A stretch of 57,913 nt of DNA, the filler included, from Porpidia crustulata (taxonomy: Eukaryota): assembly GCA_964255105.1 (NCBI GenBank). It is 6 parts of 6 records of this genome, joined end to end, with 100 filler letters (N's around TTAATTAATTAA, not from the genome) between each part and the next. Parts side by side here need not be neighbours in the genome. Positions count along the whole stretch, not along the records: positions 9,677 to 19,248 come from CAXUWE010000917.1; positions 19,349 to 28,919 come from CAXUWE010000918.1; 4 more parts are not named here. One strand, given 5' to 3'. The position numbers were made by a program, and so were the translations under genes. The notes under the pieces are model-generated. The model was not told the DNA's origin. It saw only the letters and a program-made list of their open reading frames with translations, and made no database searches. Positions 11,990-23,273 of the stretch are shown here, piece by piece (the stretch's first letter is position 1; each line of letters begins with the position of its first letter).

Positions 11990-13300
11990 CTACTTCTTCT
12001 TTGTCACTGCGCCTTTACCGAAAAAGTCGCTCATCTTCTTCATGCCAGACGTATCGACCTTCTTCAAATCTCTCAAGCCTCTTGTTTCTCCCAACTTCTT
12101 TTTCTTCTCTTCTTCCTCTTTCTTCCTCTTCTTCTCCGCCCTCGTCTCTGCTGCCTCGTCATCTTCGTTCATGCCTCTTTTACGGCTGAAGTCGGATAGA
12201 GAACGTGAGGCTAGTACCTCGGCTCGCAACTTGGAGATATGTCTAAGGTATTCGTCGAGGGGTTTGAAATCAGTTGAACCCTCGACGGAAGAGAGGTGAC
12301 CATTCAATGTCGCCGCAAGGGGCACAGGAATGTATGCGGAAATTATGTATGACAGGGCCGTACGAATTCGGAAGAGGTGCTTGATATCGTCTGTCGCTGT
12401 CGGGGTATGATTTGAGTCTGGTATGGTAATAGTTGTGTGTGAGGAGTCAGATACTGCAGATTCAATAGTGGAAGTGCTCGATTGCGAGTCTGCAATATCG
12501 GATGGTAAAGGAGTATGAGCAGTCGCCTCATTTTGAGATCCACCCGCAGTATCAGACAGGGAGCTTTGTTCGCGTTTGAGCCCCATTACTGGCATCTCCA
12601 GAGCTTTACTTATGAATCTCTCCTCCATAGTCGACGGCAATCCTGTAGCGACCATCGTCTTAGCCTTATCAAGGAGCTCTTCCAATAACTTTTGAGTACT
12701 CAAGCGGTGCATTTTCTCATCGCTAGCTTTGACTATATCGCACACTGAGATCATTCTTTTTTCCAGAAGATCCCTTTCTTGTTTATTGCTCGACACATAC
12801 TTGAAGTGTTTCGAGTTCTCGCAAAGGTCATCAAATATGTCGTCAGCCGACAGAAAGAGCTTCTTCGAGTGCAGTGAAGGAAGCAACAGGAATAGTGGAT
12901 CAATGGGAGTTGCAATGAGCAATTCAGGACTTTTAATGATGTAGCCTTTAGACACTGGGCGATCATCGTGAGCTCCTCCATCAACATCCGTTAGAGCATG
13001 TTTCTCCAGGTGTTCGTAGGAACAGTGATCTGATTTGGACGGTTTCCCAGCACTTGGATTCGATGAATTGTTTTCATTTTTCAACTGCGACGAAAGCAGC
13101 CAACTGTGATGGCTAGACTTGGGTGCTGCAACTCTAGTGAACTCGAAAATACCCTTGACAGGACAGAAATAATATCGACTTGGCTTTGTTGATCGAGGAT
13201 GCGCCAGCGTACATATCCGAGCGTTGGGAGACGTCCCTTCTGGTAGTATTAGCAATTTCAAGGGCTCTGAGGCCTGTAATTCGCTATCAGTTCTCAACAT
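11990..13300 (-). CDS. RNH202: Ribonuclease H2 subunit B (Ydr279/Rnh202 family)
   Basis: Intronless ORF; first in-frame ATG at 13300. Motifs: LLILP..ICTLAHPR..RYYFCPVKGIFEFT, LLIATPIDPLFLLLP, and C-terminal LKKVDTSGMKKMSDFF (PIP-box-like). Confidence 0.88.
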   Translation of the reverse strand: MLRTDSELQASEPLKLLILPEGTSPNARICTLAHPRSTKPSRYYFCPVKGIFEFTRVAAPKSSHHSWLLSSQLKNENNSSNPSAGKPSKSDHCSYEHLEKHALTDVDGGAHDDRPVSKGYIIKSPELLIATPIDPLFLLLPSLHSKKLFLSADDIFDDLCENSKHFKYVSSNKQERDLLEKRMISVCDIVKASDEKMHRLSTQKLLEELLDKAKTMVATGLPSTMEERFISKALEMPVMGLKREQSSLSDTAGGSQNEATAHTPLPSDIADSQSSTSTIESAVSDSSHTTITIPDSNHTPTATDDIKHLFRIRTALSYIISAYIPVPLAATLNGHLSSVEGSTDFKPLDEYLRHISKLRAEVLASRSLSDFSRKRGMNEDDEAAETRAEKKRKKEEEEKKKKLGETRGLRDLKKVDTSGMKKMSDFFGKGAVTKKK

Positions 13301-13502
13301 GTTCTTATGCGCTGAAAGAATCTTTGATTTAGTCCCTATATCGGTGAAGATCTTGAGGGAACCATGAATGAGAAGACGTGACGCGATCAATTTCGGGCGA
13401 CGTGACAGCCGCCCGGGGGCCGTTTTGACGAGCGGCTACCCCTAGGGAGCCCTGAAGACTCTGGAGTTGAGGGGCAAGTGGTTACCACTTCACCCATTGA
13501 TA

Positions 13503-14698
13503 ATGTCCGCTCGCGACTCCCAGCGCTCCCAACATCGCTCGCGAAGCCCAAGATTACGCTCTACTTCACCGAATTCTAGGGCTCGCCAACGGTCTCACTC
13601 TCCCCGGTCTCATCGTCACCACGGTTCCTCCCACCGTCACAAACGCCCAAAGCCAATCCAACCTAGAGTCCTCCCACTCAAAGCTTTATCAATCAGCAAG
13701 CATGAATTCGAGTTTTATGGACCAATGTTTGCACTCTATCTTGACATCCAGAAACAACTTGTTCTGGAAGATCTACCTGTCGATGAAGTGAAGGGCCGGT
13801 GGAAGAGCTTCGTTGGTAAATGGTATGTTAGAATCATTGGTGCAGATACATCATACTCTTTTCGTGCGGGTTGAAAATCGCTTCCAGAAGATATAAAAAA
13901 CTAACATCTGTGAGGAATCGTGGAGAGTTAGCCGAAGGATGGTATGATCCAGCAACACTACAGAAAGCGCAAGCATCTGCTGCATCAACTTCGACTGCAG
14001 CAGGCTCAACGAGCGTCCGAAGACCATCACCAGATTATGCCAGCGGAATGGATAGCAGTGGTGATGACGGCCCAGGCCCGGCACCTCCAAGTCGTGACAA
14101 TACAAATTATAAGGAGCGCAATAGATTAGGGCCTGCCATCCCAAACCTGCAAGACCTAGAACTTCAACGTGGTAAGGGTTGAGGTCCCTTGCACTGTCTG
14201 ACACTGCGAAGCTCAGATTAGGGCGATTATTTTCCGAGATCTATAATCACTAACATTCTACTTTTAGAGTTGGAAGCGGAAGACAGTCTCGATCACCGCG
14301 AACAACTACGTCAACGCCGCCTCCTCGATCGCAAATTACAAAAGGAACAGCTTGATGAAATTGTCCCCCGCGCCGAAGCAGGTTCGAAAGACCGCATGTT
14401 GGAAAAGAAGCGCGAGAAAGCTGATAACAATCGAGCATTTGCTTCTGCCAAGACCGAAGCTGGAGGCGTAGTAGAACTGCCAGATGCAGATCTGCTTGGA
14501 GATGAAGACGGAGGCGTCGAAGGATTCAAGAAGAAAAAACAAGACATGGAGCGGAAGAAGAACGACCGGGAGATTAGGAGAGAAGAGATCCTAAGGGCAA
14601 GAAACGAAGAGAGGGAGGAGAGGGTTCGGGATTACAAAGCCAAGGAGGAGAAGACCATGGCTGGATTGGTAGCACTGGCGAAAGCGAGATTCGGGTGA
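13503..14698 (+). CDS. Conserved hypothetical nuclear protein (RS/H-rich N-terminus, SCI1-like central motif, charged C-terminus); exons 13503-13822, 13915-14171, 14268-14698
   Basis: Two GT..CTAAC..AG introns join three ORFs in frame, giving RWKSFVGKW|NRGELAEGWYDP and LELQRE|LEAED. Confidence 0.8.
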
Positions 14699-15570
14699 TT
14701 GTCCACTCGACGATGTCGAGATCTGTCGCACTGGGTTTGTGAACCCGCATGAGACGCGATTGATTGGTTATGCTATCCATATCTACCCTATCGAATATGC
14801 CCAGTACCCATGAAATCAGATCAAGTCCCATACGTCCCTGTAGTAGACGGCACCCTAGCATTCCTCTGGAAATGATTCCTGGGATAGGAGCCTTACTCAT
14901 GCACTGTACTTAGTAGTGTCTGCGTTTTGCCATCTCACAGCCTCCATAGACTTCGTGACAAGACACCGTCGTCGCAATGCGCCACAATTTAAAGCTATAA
15001 AGCTAATGACCATCAGGCTGAATGACTCGCAGATTCTTGAGGTACACCTGATCAATAATTCAGTATTATCTTCCACGGCTTCACCGCTGCGAAGGCGGTT
15101 GCTTCATTGCTCAGTGATCCCAACAGAGCAAACCTTTTGAGTAAGACAGCTGTTACTGTTGGGACATGCATATCCTGTCTCTGAGTGAGTTATAAGTGAC
15201 ATTAGAACAATGTAATGGACGATGATGGCTGTTAGTAGACCTTTGACTCAGATACAACAACAGTGGAGTGAATGCAGGTGGAAGTTTGGTTGTTTGCGAC
15301 AATGTAATAAAGCCGAAATGAATGAATAAAGCGGCATGTTTTATTCTTAGCGTCAAACTCTGCGCGTGCTCGATACCTGCAAGCGGAGCAATGTGAGTGG
15401 AGGACGAGGCCCCTTATTCCAGCAGAGCAAGGGAGAACCACTGGATCGGGCTCGGCATTTGTAGGGTGTAGTGGCGCTAAATGCGCGATTTTGACGCACT
15501 AAGACTAACTCGCATTAGCTTTTAGGTGAATGTAAAAACAGCGAGTTACAGCCCAGAATGTGGGCGCAAG

Positions 15571-15578
15571 TATATAAA
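15571..15578 (+). promoter_or_regulatory. Candidate TATA box (TATATAAA) upstream of the TBP gene
   Basis: Consensus TATAWAWR ~670 bp upstream of the TBP ATG; a probable 5'UTR intron (16038..16181) lies between them. Confidence 0.45.
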
Positions 15579-16236
15579 GGCCGGCGATTCCCACTCCGAA
15601 ATATTTCAAAAATTCGGCTCGCTTAGAAGTTGTTGTGTTGACGTTCAATTCCCAACGTCATTCACCTTCTCGCACACAACCCCACACTTCATCCTGGTCC
15701 TACACACAGATCAGTTAGATTTTGTGTCTTCTGTACTACCGTTACATTTTCTAGTTTAATACATTGAAAGGCACATTACCCGTGTCCTTTCCATTCTCTC
15801 ACGAAAATCTGTACTGTTGACCTTCCGATTTGAATTAGCGACTTGAATCCTAAGAACTCACTTTTCTCAACTGACAATACTGTCACTGCAACCTTAAGCA
15901 TAAACACAAGGGTCACAGAAGCGAATCCAATCAGATCGCGAATTTGTGTTGCACATGAGATAGGTCGCCGGAAGTATCCAGAAAGTGTTGGGCAGCGGCT
16001 GTAGGGGAGACATTCAGTTGTTCATCTCTCACATACGGTACGAATCCACCTCGGTCGATTTCCATTGTCGAAAATCGCATCCTTCTTACCTTCGCGATCT
16101 CCAAACCCCGATTACGCGACCGAACTTGGAACCATACAAGATATTGGAATCCATCTGCAGTTCTAACCTTGACCATCACAGACTGCCAACTCTCACAACA
16201 CTCAAATATCATTTGACTTTGTCAACTTGAGCCAAG

Positions 16237-17206
16237 ATGGATAGTCTCACTACCCACCCGTCCACCGCACTGCAGGCCACGGCCTTCACCTCGCCTGCCT
16301 CCCTGTCCTTCCCTGGTGGAGCCGGTGACTTGACGCCGCCCTCTGAAAAAGATGGCAACACCCAGGCGAATGGTATTTCCGGGCAGACAAATGGCGCGAG
16401 CGCGTACACCAATGGGCAGCAGCAACAGCAAGGAGGGAATGCCGCATCTACTGGCAACGGGGTGACTCCCACAACTCCTGCTGCGACGCCTGGTGCTGGA
16501 CAGGGTGTAAGTGGGATTGTACCAACCTTGCAGTGAGTATAGCCTTGACGCCTCTTTGAATTCAATGAGGCTTAATGGCAATTTTCAAAGAAATATCGTC
16601 GCAACGGTCAATCTTGATTGCCGTCTCGATCTTAAGACGATTGCGCTCCATGCGAGAAATGCTGAATACAACCCCAAGGTACTGCTGATTACTGTGCGAT
16701 AGATTTCACATGCGCTAACATGAGTCAGCGTTTTGCCGCCGTCATCATGCGTATCCGCGAACCCAAGACCACAGCTTTGATCTTCGCCTCTGGCAAGATG
16801 GTTGTCACCGGCGCAAAGTCGGAAGATGATTCGAAGCTCGCATCACGCAAATACGCTCGTATCATCCAGAAGCTTGGATTTAACGCCAAGTTTACGGATT
16901 TCAAGATTCAGAACATAGTCGGCTCCTGCGACATCAAGTTTCCAATCCGTCTTGAAGGCCTTGCAAGCCGTCATCATCACTTTAGCTCTTACGAGCCGGA
17001 GTTGTTCCCTGGTCTGATTTATCGAATGATCAAGCCTAAGATCGTGCTCCTCATCTTCGTGAGTGGCAAGATTGTCTTGACTGGCGCCAAAGTTCGCGAG
17101 GAGATCTATCAAGCGTTTGAAATGATCTACCCTGTGCTTTCCGGTTTGTTTTGTTCGTTCACGCTGTTGATCTCGGCTAACTGCCATAGACTTCCGTAAA
17201 GTCTGA
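16237..17206 (+). CDS. SPT15: TATA-box binding protein; exons 16237-16532, 16591-16678, 16729-17143, 17190-17206
   Basis: Core sequence [58 protein letters not shown]...YPVLS|DFRKV*; all introns GT-AG. Confidence 0.98.
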
Positions 17207-18048
17207 ACTACCCTTTACAAAGGCGTTCTCGAACAAAGCCGACCCTGGTCCGTTGTATCAACATCTTACATTTCACCTGTACTATTACAAATACCTATTT
17301 CACGTTATCACGACCATTTTTGAAACTCGATCTGCAAGCACGGCTTGAAATGGAACCACCGTTACGCCAATAGCCTACCTTGGCCATCCGTCGCTTTGCA
17401 TATCCGATACCACAATACTTGCATCAAAAAGGAGTTTTTCGGTTTCAGTATCTCAACCAGCAAGGCGTTCGGGAAGCATACACTACTAGAGAACCGCACT
17501 ACCGCAGATATCAGGGTGGTTTTTGTGCGCTGGTCGATGGGTGCCACGCTGGTATCTGCACGGTGTCTCAGATGATGGCAAATTGTGCTATTGTCGCCAC
17601 CGATGCGCTTCAAGTGAGGCACAGATAGATTGATTTCAGGATGATAGGAAGCGTGCGGCAAGTCTGCAAAGTGGAAGACTTGATCGCATGTCTTGGCTCT
17701 GAGTGGGCGTGGTACCTGCGACATGCATGGTGCGAAGCGATGTGCTTTTCAACAGATGTGGTAGCATAGAATCAAATTCCTTCTACCAGTATCTGTGTAA
17801 TTTATAGGGAATGTCGTCGTCGCATTTCGAGATCTTCGTATCCGTGTCTCACTGACTTCCGCGTCCCCACCACTCCCACATCCCTATCGTAGAATATCTC
17901 CCCATTTCCCTCTACCAGGACATCAAGCCCCGCTTAGACTCCGTCTGTCCCTCCGCCAAACCACGATTTTAACATCTTCATAAATGATCTGAGTCTCGTA
18001 AGTAACCCAGCACGCTCACAGTTTAATCATTCAATCTATCCACAAGGA

Positions 18049-19248
18049 ATGACTGTTCCACCCGCTCTTCACCAACCACCCTCTTCAATCCTCATCGTCG
18101 GCGCCGGCGTCTTTGGCCGTGCGTCCCCACGCCCTTCGTGCCATCCAGCCATCCCAACACCAATCTCTTAAATCATACTCGATCCTAGACTGACATTCTC
18201 ATCCAGTCTCAACAGCTCTCGCCCTTCTCGAGTCTCCCGGATACATCCACACGAAAATCACCCTCCTAGATCCATCTCTCCCTTTGCCCGGCCACGATAA
18301 TACCCATCCACACCCTAACGCCGCATCCACCGATAGCAGCAGGATCATAAGACCCGACTACGCTTCTCCGGCTTACTCGGCTCTCGCGGCCCAGGCGCAA
18401 GAGGTTTGGCGCAGGGAGTATACGAGAAATGGCATCTATCATGAGAGCGGGTTGGCGGTTGTAGCAGATGGAGTCAACAGAGAGGGAGGGGAGTATGTAG
18501 AAAGAGCAAGGGAAAATGTTTCTGACGGATCTGGCATTGGTCAACGGCAACTGGTGGAAGGACTAGACACCAGAGAGGACATCCAAAAAGTGCTGAAAGG
18601 TGCGGAGGGAGCAAGCGGCGAGAGTGGCTACGTGAACTGGAATTCCGGATGGGCGGATGCTACCGCCGCCATGAAGCTCACCATGAATAAGGTCCTTTCC
18701 CACGGCAACAGGATAGAAATTCTTCGCGGCCAAGCATCCCGCTTGCTTTTCGAACCCCAGCGCACAGGCCAGAAGAAGAAGAAAGTCATTGGCGTGCGCC
18801 TGGAAACAGGAGAGGAGAAAACCGCCGCTCTGACGATCCTCGCCACTGGCGCCTGGACTGGCGCCCTCATCGATCTTCGCGGTATCGCCGAAGCCCGCGG
18901 TCAAGCCGTCGCCTACGTCCGCCTCTCGCCATCCGAGCGCCGGTGTCTGGCGAACATGCCTATCCTTCTGAACCTCGGCACGGGAATGTTCGTGATCCCG
19001 CCCCCTCCTCCCTCGACGGACCCTCATGACCAAGAAGGTGCAATCCTGAAAATCGCACGCCACGGTTTCGGCTACCGTAACCCCGTCGCTGCGCCTGCGC
19101 TGGACGGGGTTCAGGTATCTCTGCCCTCGCCCGCGTCCACCACCCTACCTCACGAAGCCCGCCGCGCCCTCCGCGCCTTCCTGGCCCAAGTCATTCCCCT
19201 GGCTGTCGGATCGGCCGTTTTGCGAAGAGCGCGTGTGTTGGTACACGG
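18049..19248 (+). CDS. FAD-dependent oxidoreductase, sarcosine oxidase / L-pipecolate oxidase / fructosyl-amino-acid oxidase family; 3'-truncated by contig end
   Basis: Exon 1 (18049-18118) ends in ILIVGAGVFG (GxGxxG) and is spliced to 18207 LSTALAL. Motifs: ASTDSSRIIRPDY, SGWADA, ILATGAWT, LKIARHGFGY, and RPFCEERVCWYT after a 1-nt slip at the C run 19196-19199. Confidence 0.9.
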
Positions 19249-19348
19249 NNNNNNNNNNNNNNNNNNNNNNNNNNNNNNNNNNNNNNNNNNNNTTAATTAA
19301 TTAANNNNNNNNNNNNNNNNNNNNNNNNNNNNNNNNNNNNNNNNNNNN
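19249..19348. other. Artificial contig spacer
   Basis: 44N-TTAATTAATTAA-44N. Confidence 0.98.
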
Positions 19349-19779
19349 CAATTGGCTCCCGCTCGTTCTCGTTCCTGAATCCACCAGATCGCAACGAAAA
19401 TTCTAATCCTAATCCAAATCCATCCAAATCCACGTCCACATCCAACATGAACCGCCCAGCTGCATAGACGACCGTCGTGTCGATCGGGCGGAGGCATCTA
19501 GACTTTCCATTCCTCTCCTCTCCTCTTTTCTGTACACCGATGATCATCATTTTATTCAAGGGTAGATGCAGCAAAGTCAATGAACCTACTTCAAGTTGTA
19601 CGGGAGTACAGATGCGGCGACTACGGAACTCGACACCGTCAAAATTTAATCGAGATCCCGTGTAGACAGTAGACGTCTGTTCAATAATCTATATCGTCTA
19701 GTGCATTCATTATCAACCAAGATTTGATGCAACCACTCGTGCATGCACTGCGACACCCCCCACGCGTCGGTATCCAATC

Positions 19780-22575
19780 CTAGCGTGCCAAACTGCTCAA
19801 TTCATCCTCACTCTCGTCATCCTCGCTTTCGTCAACTTCTAAGGGTCCCGCCGTCGACCACTGCACCTTCGATTTCATATCTAGACACAGCGCTCTACGC
19901 TTACATGTCATGATACTCTGCTTGCATGCTGCAGCTCTCTTGCGCGCCATACTTGCTCTTCCGTTGGTGACCTCTCGAAGCTGAGGTCGGGAGGTCTGTG
20001 ACGGTTCTTGCGAAGCATTGGGCGTTGATAGCTCGTCTTCAGTCTCATCGTCTGCTGTCATCAACGGATTTCTGTCCTTGTATACCATGCAGGTTTCATT
20101 GAAAGGTTTCGTCAACTGGTCGACCTGGCTACTGCTGCCGATGGCCTGCGGTGATTTGAAATACGAACCATCTGAGACGTGACCGCGCCCTGAGCCTGAA
20201 ACCCGGCCTGTCCCGGGTACTTTTCCACTGGAGCACGGCGAAGTGTGTAGTAGACTCAGCAGGCTTTGCTTCGATTGACATACGGTTGGGGGTGGGCAAT
20301 TACCATCAGGTTCATTATCGCTCAGCAAGGCGCTTGCACAATAAATAGTCTTTGGTTTGGACCAAAAGGTAGCCGGCGTTTTAGCTACCCACTCACAGAT
20401 ACCCTCTTCCCACCTGTAGCCAGACTTGGAAGTGAGCGGCCTCCGTGCTGGCGTTTTGTTAGGAGTTCGGTAGGTTGTGTCCACCGTCGTGCCCGTTGTC
20501 GTTTGTTCCAAGTCCAAAGCCCAATCCAGGTGCTTTGGGTGGTTAGTCTCCTCCGAGTATTCGAACGCCGCAGCTACGGCAATTCTACCGCACAGTATTC
20601 TAGTTGCTTTTTCAACGTTTGGAGACGTAGAGATATCCGCAAGTGGTTGGATGATGCCTTGCATGTAGTCGAAAAGGTCGGTGGATGTTGCGCGCTGGCA
20701 GCAATGCGCGACGGCGCAGACAAATGATGCTGCGCTACTAGCAACTGTTTTACTACAATCGAGTTGGGCCATGGCGTCGAGAGGGCTAGACCCTCTCGAA
20801 AAAGCCGTCGCTTCAGATTGAGCCACTACGTCTTCTGCCAACACAGCTGCGAGGAACGGTAAGTATAGATGCTCCATACAAGTGATAGCGTTGGGGCTCG
20901 GATCAGCGTCAAGCTGCCTAATAGTCAGAATTTGATGGGCTCTTAGACCTATATCTTGAACCACAATCAAATTCAGCGTTCTTGACGGATTAGATGCCGG
21001 CGACGTGGACCGTCTGAGGAGGCTAACTGCGCAAAGAACCGTCAAGACATCCGATATGACACCACTTAGTGCTTTGCCTGGCGCAAGGGCTTGGGGTTGA
21101 CTGCTGAGTAGTGACTGCGAAGGTATAGACTTGATCGACTGAGGAGAATTGGGATCATAAACGTTTGATATGCCGTGTACCTGCAGGCGAGTCTGGTGTA
21201 TGCGATCATTAAGTATAGAGTTTCTTTCATTATAAGTCATTGATATGACAGTTTGAAGCAGTATTGTCGCTGCTCTTGAATGTTCATCCTCCTGCGTTAT
21301 AGACCGTATGACTCCATTCCAGCAGCCGACCATACCTGGAGTCGAGATCCACTCAAGCGGCAATAGCCCACGATCAAGAATCGTCGCTAGTTGTTGATAT
21401 AGGAAGCGGAACCTTCCGGAAGCGGTCACAAAATATTGCAAGGTGCTCAATTCGACAGAACATTCGCGCGCAAATAGTCGCTGGTCTGTAAGCTGAGACC
21501 TTCGGAGAGGTTTCATCGAACTGATGATGCATTCGACAAGATGCTGTGCCTCATCAAAGGCTCGATAGTGTAGACAAATGGTGATTAAGCCATGACCAAT
21601 AGATGGACTGAGCAAGCCCTCCCTGAAAGCGTTTCCCAAAATGGAAACACCATGAGCTCTGACGACCACTCTCAATGGTTTCCAGCCACTTGTAGGTGAG
21701 CAAGCAAGCGCCTCGAGGTCACTGTAGACAGCTGACGCTACATCTTTATCAGTCTCGGGATCCTCAGCTGTTGACAGTAGTTGCTCTTCAGTAATGTGCT
21801 GCGGTATTTTTCTTAAACAAGTTGAGAAGAGCGTCCGGGCCCCCGATTCAGGGCCTGTCTTACCGTCTTTGGTAGCTCTCAAGAGAGTATCGAGTCCGTT
21901 GTAAAGTCCATTGATCAATTTCCAATGACTGGGTTTGACAAACTTTGCGTGTTGAGAAAACGATACCTGTGCTGGCCCATGAACACTGTGCCATGATTTA
22001 GGACACCGTTCGCTCATTCCTGGGGCGGATGGCGCATTTTTGCCTCCAGCTACTGAGCCAGTAACGCATGGAAACGCTTGTGTCTCATAGTGCACAGAAC
22101 AATCTCGGGCGTCCGGCATCTGTATAATAGCCTCATCTCGCAAAGGCGGCTCGTTACCTTCGCTTTCACGCCTTGATTGTTTTGCGGCGTGTCTACCGCC
22201 CTTCGAGTGGTAAGTACGTTTGATCCTCTTTCGAGCGACAGGACTCGGTATCCACTCCTGATCGGCTACCTTCACTATTTTTGAAGATTGAGCCACCGTA
22301 TGCTCACATGGCAAGGCTTTAATATTTGATGGATCGAGACGTTCTATCCGTTTTGACTCGACATTGGACGCTTGCGCTAGACCAGAATTTTCTTTTCCAC
22401 ATCGTAACTCATGTTGATAAGCCTTGCGGAGGCAGGCGATCTTCGACGATATGGGTCGGAGGAGTCGGTTGCACCGTGCTGTGTTCCATGGCGGTTGAGC
22501 GGTTCTTGCGGGCGATTGGACATTCTGCGATTTGCAGCTTCGGTGTGTTGGCGATGGATACAGTGGCGAGTCCAT
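19780..22575 (-). CDS. Hypothetical protein (931 aa), helical core with disordered ends
   Basis: Long intronless ORF with motif-like blocks PWNTARCNRLLRPISSKI, LFSTCLRKIP, WKPLRVVVRAHG and YRWEEGICEWVAKTP; no function recognised. Confidence 0.8.
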   Translation of the reverse strand: MDSPLYPSPTHRSCKSQNVQSPARTAQPPWNTARCNRLLRPISSKIACLRKAYQHELRCGKENSGLAQASNVESKRIERLDPSNIKALPCEHTVAQSSKIVKVADQEWIPSPVARKRIKRTYHSKGGRHAAKQSRRESEGNEPPLRDEAIIQMPDARDCSVHYETQAFPCVTGSVAGGKNAPSAPGMSERCPKSWHSVHGPAQVSFSQHAKFVKPSHWKLINGLYNGLDTLLRATKDGKTGPESGARTLFSTCLRKIPQHITEEQLLSTAEDPETDKDVASAVYSDLEALACSPTSGWKPLRVVVRAHGVSILGNAFREGLLSPSIGHGLITICLHYRAFDEAQHLVECIISSMKPLRRSQLTDQRLFARECSVELSTLQYFVTASGRFRFLYQQLATILDRGLLPLEWISTPGMVGCWNGVIRSITQEDEHSRAATILLQTVISMTYNERNSILNDRIHQTRLQVHGISNVYDPNSPQSIKSIPSQSLLSSQPQALAPGKALSGVISDVLTVLCAVSLLRRSTSPASNPSRTLNLIVVQDIGLRAHQILTIRQLDADPSPNAITCMEHLYLPFLAAVLAEDVVAQSEATAFSRGSSPLDAMAQLDCSKTVASSAASFVCAVAHCCQRATSTDLFDYMQGIIQPLADISTSPNVEKATRILCGRIAVAAAFEYSEETNHPKHLDWALDLEQTTTGTTVDTTYRTPNKTPARRPLTSKSGYRWEEGICEWVAKTPATFWSKPKTIYCASALLSDNEPDGNCPPPTVCQSKQSLLSLLHTSPCSSGKVPGTGRVSGSGRGHVSDGSYFKSPQAIGSSSQVDQLTKPFNETCMVYKDRNPLMTADDETEDELSTPNASQEPSQTSRPQLREVTNGRASMARKRAAACKQSIMTCKRRALCLDMKSKVQWSTAGPLEVDESEDDESEDELSSLAR

Positions 22576-23273
22576 CTGTCCAACCCAATTGTCCGTCTCT
22601 ACTCCTCCAGGTACTATGTGGGCCCGCTATGGTACGGCGTCCTGGTTAGATTAATATGTACGGCAAATCGAGCTTTTGTCGATGAAAAGCTATAGATGCA
22701 TAATAAGATAAATCAGTGATCAAAGCACGTGTAACCAATGTTACTATACAGAATACTGTCAAGTGCTAGCTGATGCGACGCATTGTTATACTCTGTAATC
22801 GTTTGCTTGTTTTGATGTTTTGATGTAAACATGAAAAAGCCTATGCCAAGACTTATTTATGGCGAGGCTCGGCCCGGACCGACCCGCGTTTAGATCGAGT
22901 AAACTTGATCTTGAACATGGTATTTTGTAACAATGAGGAATCTAGATATCTTTAACTTCAATTACCATTAGACCTGATACAATTCATCTCGATAAACCAA
23001 GACAGATTGCAATTGAAAGACATAGGTGCCCTTCGAGATGATATATGTACATAAGCTACTAACCTGAGAGGCGATGTGGAAAGAAATCGATCCGAACACG
23101 ATCGACATAAGATGGAAACATCTTCCTTCTAGACAAAAGATATATATACATGATGTAGGCTATCCCGGAGTGGGCATGCAACATCTAAACCCATTCCTAT
23201 TGTACACATCAGCTGCCACCTCGATCAATTGTGATACCCTACTGGTCTTCTTGAGATACTTTCTCAAAGCCCA

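Noticed and set aside
19190..19248. Frameshift at the 3' end of the FAD oxidase (pseudogene or programmed frameshift)
   Set aside because: One extra C in a homopolymer ~50 bp from the contig end; removing it restores RPF..RVCWYT. Most likely a sequencing error.
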